NCBI GenBank assembly: GCA_031409335.1 | Contig: JANNWY010000252.1 | Location: forward strand, 1 to 33,812 | DNA from: Chthoniobacteraceae bacterium | GTDB taxonomy: Bacteria; Verrucomicrobiota; Verrucomicrobiia; Chthoniobacterales; Chthoniobacteraceae | Reading direction: 5' to 3' | Length of the DNA stretch: 33,812 nt | In this document: piece by piece, positions 1 through 6,754 of the stretch | Layout: each line of letters starts with the position of its first letter | How positions within the stretch are numbered: the first letter of the stretch is position 1 | Made by a program: the position numbers and the translations under genes | Notes under the pieces: model-generated | Told to the model about the DNA's origin: nothing | What the model saw: only the letters and a program-made list of their open reading frames with translations | Databases searched by the model: none

Positions 1-91
1 AGATCGCCTCCGGCGTGTGCCCGTGCTCCGCTATCAGTTCATCCAGCGCTTTGTTCGTTTTCTCTTCTTCTTTGCTTTTTGCTTTTCTCAC
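1..91 (-). CDS. IS256-family transposase, N-terminal part (truncated by window edge)
   Basis: GTG at 91: VRKAKSKEEEKTNKALDELIAEHGHTPEAI..., matching the 'LDELL....TPE.I' N-terminus typical of IS256 transposases. Not in the ORF track because it is incomplete. Confidence 0.65.
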   Translation of the reverse strand, partial: MRKAKSKEEEKTNKALDELIAEHGHTPEAI

Positions 92-141
92 TCGTTTGTG
101 TCCTCTCTTTTGCCGGGTCACACAAACTTTCTGATAGGTCC
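1..141 (-). mobile_element. IS256-family insertion sequence, left end (runs off window)
   Basis: Minus strand from 141 reads GGACCTATCAGAAAGTTTGTGTGA, resembling IS256-family terminal IRs. It is followed by an SD-like AGAGGA and a GTG-start ORF, and it interrupts the cas2 start. Confidence 0.72.
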
Positions 142-175
142 ATCCCATACGAAACGGACTCTTCTTCTCAATCAC
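142..175 (-). pseudogene. cas2: cas2 5' stub interrupted by the IS
   Basis: GTG at 175 overlaps the cas1 stop (GTGA) and gives MIEKKSPFRMG(W), like the type II Cas2 N-terminus 'S.(F/Y)RMGW..V.FDLP'. The IS end follows immediately. Confidence 0.7.
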
Positions 176-1053
176 AACTCCGGCACCCAAAAGGGCTCCA
201 CCGACTTCGCGCTATAGCTCCGCGCCATCGACGACGCCACCGAATCAATCGCATCCATGAGCTTCAGCGAATACCGCGCGTGCGCCACGCGCTGCTCGCG
301 CAGTTCCGTCCCCACCTTCTTCGCCCAAGCCTTCATCCCCACCTCCGGCTCCGCCATGAACTCCGCCAGCATCATATCCACCAGCGGACGAAACGGCTCC
401 ATCAGATCGAAAACCAGCGGCGTCGAGCGATACCGCGGCTTGTGATTTACCCCCAGCGCCGGCGTCAACCCGTGGATCAGGAGACTCCGGTGGCACAGCG
501 CCCCGAGCACCGTGTAGCCATAGTTCAGCATCTGGTTCGGGGCCGAGTCCTCCTTCCGGTCGCGACTCGTCGCCGCCCAGCCGATCGCGGGAAAATACAA
601 CTGCCAGTAACGCCGCGCACAATTCCCCTCATCGATCGGCCCGCCTTTCAGCGCCAGTTCCAGGTGCGGGCTGTGCAGTTGCTTCCGTTCCAGCACCCGC
701 TGCTGATTCACCGTCTTGCCGCGCAGGAGCCGCTGCCACAGCCGCTCATTCAGCCGCTTCGGCTGCGACACCTGATGCAGAAACGCCCGCTGATCGATCA
801 CCCGCCCGAGCGGAGCCGTCACCCCGCACGGCTGGTAAGATTCATTGCAGTGCAAAATGATCCCATCCGTCTCCAGCACCGCCGAGATGAAATTCGACGT
901 CAGCGTCACCCCGCGCGCTGCGATGATCACTGCCCGCATATCCTCATGCGGCAGCCTCCGCTCCGTCTTATCCTGCCCCCGGCAGACGATGAACCCCTGC
1001 TCCTTCGCGAGCGTCGCCCCGTGCTGAAAGACGTGGAGGATGTGAAAGCTCAT
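172..1053 (-). CDS. cas1: Type II CRISPR-associated endonuclease Cas1
   Basis: 293 aa; motifs DEGNCARRYW, PNQMLNYGYTVL, LGVNH, LVFDLMEPFRP. The catalytic E/H/E residues appear intact. Confidence 0.95.
   Translation of the reverse strand: MSFHILHVFQHGATLAKEQGFIVCRGQDKTERRLPHEDMRAVIIAARGVTLTSNFISAVLETDGIILHCNESYQPCGVTAPLGRVIDQRAFLHQVSQPKRLNERLWQRLLRGKTVNQQRVLERKQLHSPHLELALKGGPIDEGNCARRYWQLYFPAIGWAATSRDRKEDSAPNQMLNYGYTVLGALCHRSLLIHGLTPALGVNHKPRYRSTPLVFDLMEPFRPLVDMMLAEFMAEPEVGMKAWAKKVGTELREQRVAHARYSLKLMDAIDSVASSMARSYSAKSVEPFWVPEL
994..1053 (-). repeat. First 60 bp of cas1; direct-repeat partner of 1847..1906
   Basis: 57/60 identical to 1847..1906 by direct comparison. Confidence 0.95.
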
Positions 1054-1142
1054 AGTCGCGCGAGTGCGTCATCCGTCCAGTCAATCGGGTCTGCTTGCCG
1101 TATCGTTCTCGGATCGCCTTGCCGTGTACCGCTTCATACCCA

Positions 1143-1415
1143 TCAGCGATAGATGGCGTGCGACCCGATGTCCACGCTCACGACGATGTCGCCATCCAGG
1201 TAAAAGACCGCGCGCAAGTCCGCCTCCACCCACACCGAATGGATCGTGCGCCCGAACCGCACCGACAGCCCATGAATCTTATGCGTGCGCAGTCGCGGGT
1301 CGAAAGGGTCGGCCTTGAAAATCGCGAACGCCCGCAAAGCGGATTCCTTCTGCCCCGCCGTCAGCTTCCCGAGCGCCTTCCGGAAAGCAGGAGTCGTCTG
1401 AAAGCGATACTTCAC
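1143..1415 (-). CDS. RelE/YafQ-superfamily toxin (mRNA interferase)
   Basis: 90 aa; 'F.TTPAFRKAL..L', 'DPFDPRLRTHKI', 'DLRAVF' and C-terminal 'DIGSHAIY'. Start overlaps the upstream gene's stop (GTGA). Confidence 0.85.
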   Translation of the reverse strand: MKYRFQTTPAFRKALGKLTAGQKESALRAFAIFKADPFDPRLRTHKIHGLSVRFGRTIHSVWVEADLRAVFYLDGDIVVSVDIGSHAIYR

Positions 1416-1600
1416 GGACGCTCCAAATCCCGCAGCGCCTCATCCAGCTCGATCAATTCCCCACGCACCGCCTCCGCCATGCTCCGGCGGAAAGATTCGG
1501 GAATCTCCGCCTCCGTCATCTCGCTCAGCTTCTCCAGCAGCCAAAGTTGATCCGGCTTCGGCAGGGTTTCGATTTCGTGAAGTAGTTCGCTCGTGTTCAT
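1412..1600 (-). CDS. Cognate type II antitoxin
   Basis: 62-aa acidic protein (MNTSELLHEIETLP...W...E...RGEL) directly upstream of and overlapping the toxin. Confidence 0.75.
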   Translation of the reverse strand: MNTSELLHEIETLPKPDQLWLLEKLSEMTEAEIPESFRRSMAEAVRGELIELDEALRDLERP

Positions 1601-1638
1601 AGGTTTGGTTTTTCGCGGTCAGTAATGGGAGGTTGCTC

Positions 1639-1800
1639 TCACCGCGCAGCTTCCTCTCGCAATTCCTGCTCCTGCCCCACCGCACAACGCAAGTCGCCCG
1701 GCGTCTTCTTATCCGCCCAACCGCGCTGCTGCGGTTTGCACATCGCGCAGGCGGAGCGTTTCGGAGCCCGGTAGCGCCGCTGCGTCAGCTTCGTTTTCAT
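1639..1800 (-). CDS. Small basic protein with CxxCKP motif
   Basis: ATG at 1800: MKTKLTQRRYRAPKRSACAMCKPQQRGWADKK... (53 aa). TTGCCA lies exactly 30 nt upstream. Confidence 0.55.
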   Translation of the reverse strand: MKTKLTQRRYRAPKRSACAMCKPQQRGWADKKTPGDLRCAVGQEQELREEAAR

Positions 1801-1836
1801 GCGACTACTTCTGCCTCTTCGCGATGTCTTTGGCAA
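1801..1836 (-). promoter_or_regulatory. Putative leaderless sigma70-type promoter
   Basis: TTGCCA (1836-1831), N17, CAGAAG, N7, ATG(1800). The -10 match is weak. Confidence 0.35.
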
Positions 1837-1906
1837 ATGCGGAGTCCCCCTGCTCCTTCGCAAGCGTCGCGCCGTGCTGAAAGACGCGGAGGATGTGAAA
1901 GCTCAT
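1805..1906 (-). pseudogene. cas1: cas1 5' stub (20 codons of Cas1, then unrelated sequence)
   Basis: MSFHILRVFQHGATLAKEQG|DSAFAKDIAKRQK*. Positions 1847..1906 duplicate the cas1 start. Confidence 0.9.
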
Positions 1907-1910
1907 GGCA

Positions 1911-2537
1911 TCAATCGTCGGGTAGAAGACTCTCCGGGAGACAGAAAAGTTCGCTCGCACTGCCATCCGCGCGCACCGCCACTCGCCCATCCTCCAGCAC
2001 CCGCGTGATCACCCCCCGTAGCGAACCGCGCATCGTCTTCACCCGATCCCCCGCCTGGAATTGCGCCGAGCGCGCCAGGCTGTTGAAACTCTCCACCATC
2101 ACCGTGCGATCGAGCACACCGGTAATGAAATGCGCCACCACCGACGCCACCTCCTTGCGCCGCACAAAAGGCCAGTCGCCAAACAAAGCATTCGTCAGCG
2201 CACGTCCGATTTCCGCAAACGTATTGCCGTTGAAGAAAAGAAACGGTGCCCGCCGATGGCAGGACTTTAGGAAATCGAAAACTTCCTCCAGCGTCAGTTC
2301 CCGGCTTCCAATTTCTCCCCACTCTCGCGCAAGCGCCTCGTGAGTTTCTCGGTTAAAGCCATGCTGCGCTCCGCCTCGCGCGCAGAGTCCTCGGTTGATC
2401 TCGGTGACAGATGCCCAGTCCCGGTTTTGGAGAAAGTGGGCTCGGCTTTGTAACGGTGCTGATTCGCCGCCGCCTCCTCCAGAATGTCCTCCGTCGTCAG
2501 TTTCGCGAGAAGATCGAGTCGGAGTTTCATCAGGCAT
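1911..2537 (-). CDS. Divergent Fic/Doc-like protein with C-terminal KOW/SH3-like segment
   Basis: 'CHRRAPFLFFNGNTF' resembles a degenerate Fic/Doc loop (HPFxDGNxR). C-terminal 'FQAGDRVKTMRGSLRGVITRV' is KOW-like. SD AAAGGAG lies 6 nt before ATG 2537. Confidence 0.55.
   Translation of the reverse strand: MPDETPTRSSRETDDGGHSGGGGGESAPLQSRAHFLQNRDWASVTEINRGLCARGGAQHGFNRETHEALAREWGEIGSRELTLEEVFDFLKSCHRRAPFLFFNGNTFAEIGRALTNALFGDWPFVRRKEVASVVAHFITGVLDRTVMVESFNSLARSAQFQAGDRVKTMRGSLRGVITRVLEDGRVAVRADGSASELFCLPESLLPDD
2294..2530 (-). CDS. 78-aa helical protein nested in an alternative frame of the Fic-like gene (candidate antitoxin)
   Basis: MKLRLDLLAKLTTEDILEEAAANQHRYKAEPTFSKTG...; protein-like amphipathic composition. 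Its ATG lies 30 nt after TTGCCA. Confidence 0.5.
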   Translation of the reverse strand: MKLRLDLLAKLTTEDILEEAAANQHRYKAEPTFSKTGTGHLSPRSTEDSAREAERSMALTEKLTRRLRESGEKLEAGN

Positions 2538-2566
2538 AGCGTGCTCCTTTCCGGTACGGTTGGCAA
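2531..2566 (-). promoter_or_regulatory. Putative leaderless promoter overlapping an SD
   Basis: TTGCCA (2566-2561), N17, CACGCT, N7, ATG(2530). The spacer contains AAAGGAG. Confidence 0.45.
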
Positions 2567-2590
2567 ATGTCCAGTCTTCTCGCCTCTCCC

Positions 2591-3115
2591 CTACTTCCGC
2601 TCATTCAGCCCCGGCAGCGTCGCCACGAGCTTCATCGTCTCCATGCTCACCCGCACCACCCGCTTGAGCAGGTCCACGATGTAGCGCGGCTGCTGGTGCT
2701 CGCGCGCCCAATCGTTCGGGTCGTTGCGGATGCCGCTGTCCTTGTCCACGGTCACTTGGTAGCGCTCCATGATCCACTCGATGGCGGGCTTGCCGTTCAC
2801 CACGTAGTCGTAGGCTTCCAGCGGGATGCCGGTGAGGGTGAGGTGGCTGTTGTAGGTGATGGCCGTCTTGTCCACCTGCTTGTCCTTGCGGCCAAAGGTC
2901 ATCTTCTGCACGAGGAAATCCTTCGCCGGGTCCAGCGCCAGCGCGGCGGTGTGCTCCGCCACGGGCCACGGCTCCACGCTCTCGAAGCCGAGGTGCCAGC
3001 GCGCGAGGTCGCGGCCGGCCTGGCTGAAGCGCCGGAAGTCCGCCGTCTCCCGCGTGCAGGGGATGCGCGGCAGCATCTTCTTCAGGTCGCTGGCAAAGCG
3101 CGCCCAATACTCCGG
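2591..3115 (-). pseudogene. Type ISP (LlaGI/LlaBIII-like) RM enzyme, C-terminal fragment
   Basis: PEY.ARFASDLKKMLPRIP...AGRDLARWHL.FE...ITYNSHLTLTGIP.EAYDYVVNGKPAIEWIMERYQV..DKDSGIRNDPNDW is the characteristic Type ISP C-terminus. It has no native start. Confidence 0.88.
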
Positions 3116-3163
3116 CCAGCCAAAGCTCGTCCCTGATAACACCCCTTGCTCCGTAAATTCCAG

Positions 3164-4135
3164 TTAGCTGGACATTTTTTCTTCGGTGAGCCGTTTGCAC
3201 AAAAGTTGAAAGCAATGTTCGTCGCTGACTCCTAGAAATTTTTCTTTCAGCGCCGCATAGGCGGATTGATCGATGACTAGCTCGTGGACTTCTTCTCTTT
3301 CTTGGGTGGCAGTGAGCACCTGATCCGAAGGGGAGACTTTCATTATGGCAGCACTCAATCGGCGCGTGCCAAGTTCACCAAGGATTTGCATTAGGTTTTG
3401 CGCCGTAGGCTCCGTGACCCATACGCGAACCGTTTCGGTGTTGATGGGCTCCCCTTGAACTCGGAAATAGCAAAGGTTCTTGTCGTTCGCTGCAGGAACT
3501 TTGAAGTATGGCTGGATTTTGGTTCCCGAGCTTCCACCGGTGACAGACCAGACCTTTTGGTCGTCTTCCCCGTAAATCCAAAGGTTACGATTGCCCCTTC
3601 GTCCGCCTTCCCCCTTCTTGATTCTCTCGCTCCATACGGCCCGGTGTTTTTTGGGATTTAGGTTTTGCGCCCGTTCCTCAAAGTAAAGAAATTCGGTGAG
3701 CGAAGAATCATAGATGAGCCATCCACTCCGAAGCTCGATGGGCTTTCCATCTGAAATAGCGATGGCCTTGGTCAGCCGCTCGTCGAGCACTCTTTGGTAG
3801 CTCTTGATCACGATTCGCATCGCGTCGTCTGCGTCCGCTATGTCGGGAAGGGAAACTCGCCGAGTAAGAGCGGGATGCATCATGTAGGTGCCGCAATGCT
3901 TCTTTATAGCCTCCGACTCGGAGCACCGCATCATTTTGTGCTCAAGTGAGAGGCCCGCAGTGGTAACGTCGGCGTTCAGGTTGCTCCAGCCGAGAGAGTC
4001 TAGCCCCCGGGCTTTGCAATAGACGTGTGCCCAATCGGCTTCCTCCAATTTGCGACCCATCATGTAAGCGACGCGCGCGGCAAGTAATGATTTCGCTTTC
4101 TGAAATTCGGCTGGGGTAAAGGCAGGGAGAGTCAT
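3164..4135 (-). CDS. Putative restriction endonuclease (PD-(D/E)XK-like), partner of the m5C MTase
   Basis: 323 aa from ATG 4135, with ATGA overlap on the MTase stop; 'LEEADW...NADV......LEHK' motif; lower-GC codon usage. Confidence 0.6.
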   Translation of the reverse strand: MTLPAFTPAEFQKAKSLLAARVAYMMGRKLEEADWAHVYCKARGLDSLGWSNLNADVTTAGLSLEHKMMRCSESEAIKKHCGTYMMHPALTRRVSLPDIADADDAMRIVIKSYQRVLDERLTKAIAISDGKPIELRSGWLIYDSSLTEFLYFEERAQNLNPKKHRAVWSERIKKGEGGRRGNRNLWIYGEDDQKVWSVTGGSSGTKIQPYFKVPAANDKNLCYFRVQGEPINTETVRVWVTEPTAQNLMQILGELGTRRLSAAIMKVSPSDQVLTATQEREEVHELVIDQSAYAALKEKFLGVSDEHCFQLLCKRLTEEKMSS

Positions 4136-5520
4136 GCGACGGTGGTGATTTTGGATTCCTCTTTGTGTATCTCTCTGCCCATTGCCGTGATGAGAGCCTC
4201 GCCGACTACACGGGCCAGCACCGGCGGCACGGCGTTCCCGATCTGAAATGCGCGCTCCATTCGCGTCCCGTAAAGATACCAATTATCGGGGAACGTCTGG
4301 AGCCGCATCAGCTCCAGATCCGTCAGGTATTCATGCTCCACAAAAACGGGCGGAGTGTCGCCTTGGCGACGGCCCAGCGTGTGCCATTGCTGCCGGGCAA
4401 GCTGTGCCTCCGGCACACCAAAAGGCGCGAGGGCTAGCTTCGCGCCCTGATGTGCGCCGATGGTAGGGGATGGTCTGTTTAGGCTCCAAGTCACGGGCTC
4501 ATTGTGCGGGCGGACCACATTTTTCACCCAAAGGACTGCGTCTTTTCCCAATTTTCCGTATTTCCAATGACCTCTTGGCCAAAGCGCCTCTCCCATCTTG
4601 CACCACGGCTCTAGCTCATCGAAATCAAAGAGCGTTGCTTCAGTATCCGCGCGAGATTTCCCGTGAGTGGGATGAGGCCACTCAAAACTCTCGGCATCAC
4701 GAGAGCCGACGATCAATAGCCGCTCCCGTTGTTGGGGTGCCCCGAAATCGGCAGCATTCAGCATTCTATGGCGGCAATCGTAACCGATCTGTGTGAACTC
4801 ATTGAGGATGATATCCAAGCTCCCACCCGCTTTGTCTTGCCATGTAATCGAGGTGTTATCCGCTGCGCAGCGATAACAAGGCAGCGCGCTTTTCTCTCCG
4901 GCTTGCAAAGCCTCCCAATCATCGAAATTCACGAAGCTGGTCTTGCGGCAACTGCTGCAATACAGGTGAGCAATGGGTGCTTTGGTAAGGGTGAGTCCTT
5001 TGACGTTCTCAAAGAGGAACCAGCGGGGGCGGATTTCATCAACGATGCGGACAAAATCTTTGAACAGCCGTCCAGTATTCGTGTTCACCGCCTCGCGTTT
5101 CCCGGCGCGGCTAAACGGCTGGCAGGGAGGCCCTCCGGCAATCAAATCAATCCCGCCCTTCTTCGTGCCTGCCATTTCCAAAACTTCCGATGAGGGTAAA
5201 TCCCGGATGTCTCGTTCGACGATTTTTGCTTTCTGAAGATAGACCCGGCTAGCGAGGCCAGACTGCAAGCGAGAGCGAAGGTCATCGGCAAGACAGTCAG
5301 GCGTTCCTTTGTAGCACCGCTGTCCCATTTGCGTTCCAAACCAAGCCTCGAACTCATGCGGGGCAAGGCGACTGAGCACTTGATTCTGTCGCAATGTTTC
5401 ACAGGCGTGTGGACCGAATTCATTTGCCACCAGCGTTTCAAACCCCGCTTGCTCAAGCCCTAAATCTAATCCACCAGCACCGGTGAAAAGTGAAATCAAG
5501 GAATGCGGCCTCTGTTTCAT
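4132..5520 (-). CDS. DNA (cytosine-5)-methyltransferase
   Basis: Motifs I (SLFTGAGGLDLG), IV (GGPPCQPFS), VI (FENVKG), VIII (QQRER), IX (RLQTFPD) and X (QIGNAVPP). Confidence 0.95.
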   Translation of the reverse strand: MKQRPHSLISLFTGAGGLDLGLEQAGFETLVANEFGPHACETLRQNQVLSRLAPHEFEAWFGTQMGQRCYKGTPDCLADDLRSRLQSGLASRVYLQKAKIVERDIRDLPSSEVLEMAGTKKGGIDLIAGGPPCQPFSRAGKREAVNTNTGRLFKDFVRIVDEIRPRWFLFENVKGLTLTKAPIAHLYCSSCRKTSFVNFDDWEALQAGEKSALPCYRCAADNTSITWQDKAGGSLDIILNEFTQIGYDCRHRMLNAADFGAPQQRERLLIVGSRDAESFEWPHPTHGKSRADTEATLFDFDELEPWCKMGEALWPRGHWKYGKLGKDAVLWVKNVVRPHNEPVTWSLNRPSPTIGAHQGAKLALAPFGVPEAQLARQQWHTLGRRQGDTPPVFVEHEYLTDLELMRLQTFPDNWYLYGTRMERAFQIGNAVPPVLARVVGEALITAMGREIHKEESKITTVA

Positions 5521-5564
5521 GTCGTTTTAGTGAGGGGGGTAGCGGAACCAGAGAAGTCGGCAAG

Positions 5565-6718
5565 AGCTTTCACGTAGAGGCACTTTTTTCCCCGGAGGAA
5601 ATCGCATCGTGGACCTTCACGAAATGGCTCTCGTCCTCGCCGCTGATGGTGACGCCCGTGGTGCGGTGGGCCTCGTCGCAGATGATGAGATCGAAGTCCG
5701 GCAGCCCCGCCTTCTGCGCCTCGGCCACCGCGGCGATGGACTGGTAGGTGGAGAAGACCACCGTCATCTGCGCGGGCGTCTTCTTTTTCTCCGCCATGCT
5801 CTGCACGGCGCGATGCTGCTTCACGATCTGCCGCGCGGAAGTCGTGGCGGGAAAGGCGAGGTCGATCGTGGTGATGTCCGCGCTGTCGTCGTCGGTCTTG
5901 GTGTGCTTCTTGCCGATATTCGCATCGGAGCAGACGGCGAGGCTGTGGAGCGGGCGCGTGGATTCCGCCGTCCATTCGCGCAAGCTCTGCGAAAGCAGGG
6001 AGAGCGACGGCACGAGGAAAAGGATGTGCCCCGTGGGTGCCATGCGCTCGGCGATGCAGAGCGAGGTGAAGGTCTTCCCCGTGCCGCAGGCCATGATGAG
6101 CTTGCCACGGTCGGCAACGGCGAGGCCGGCGAGCACATCCTTGCTCGCCTCGTCCTGATGCGGCCTCGGCTTCTTCCGCGCGCGGAGGCCAAGGTCTTGC
6201 GGGCGCTTGAGGTCGAACTTCGACCAGTCAATCGGGCTTTCGTCGAGGTCCTGGACGCGCAGACGGGAGACGGGCTTGGATTGGCTGACGAGCGCGTGCT
6301 CGGCATTCGGCCCCCATTTGTCCGCCGTGGAGACGATGATGCACGAGGTGAAGAGCGTCTTTCCCGAAGCGGTGAAGAAGGAATCCAAGTCCGCCTTCGA
6401 GAGCGTGTGATCCGGCAGGTAGAACTTGCACTGGATGGCGCAGAATTCGCCCGTGGCGCGCTCCTCCGCCACGATGTCTATGCCCACGTCGCCGACGGCT
6501 CCTTTGCGCGGGAATTCATTCCACATCCAGACGCGGGAGAATCGCTCCACGTAGATCGGATCGAGTTCGAGATAGCGGCAGATGAGGCGCTCGAAGCGGT
6601 CGCCAAGATCGCGGTTCGAGGAAGCCTCCTCGCGAAACTGCGCGAGGATGGTGTGGATGGTCTGCTTCCCGCCGGAACCGGAATGCTGCTCTGTCGCTGG
6701 GGGCTTTCCTTTGCTCAT
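5565..6718 (-). pseudogene. Type ISP RM enzyme, N-terminal fragment (Mrr-like nuclease plus start of SF2 helicase)
   Basis: GDRFERL, DVGIDIVA...AIQCKFY, PRPHQ, MACGTGKT, DEAHRTTG. A 1-bp frameshift at ~5604 is followed by degenerate 'DFLRGKKCLYVKA' (cf. KRLYMTATP), then homology ends. Confidence 0.9.
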
Positions 6719-6754
6719 CGCGCGTCCTCTATCGGAACGTGCGATGAATGGCAC
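6719..6754 (-). promoter_or_regulatory. Putative promoter/RBS of the Type ISP gene
   Basis: GTGCCA (6754-6749), N17, TAGAGG, N7, ATG(6718). GAGG could alternatively be an SD. Confidence 0.3.

Noticed and set aside
5517..5975. 152-aa ORF as an independent gene
   Set aside because: It is an alternative frame of the Type ISP fragment; only its last part is the frameshifted Type ISP continuation.
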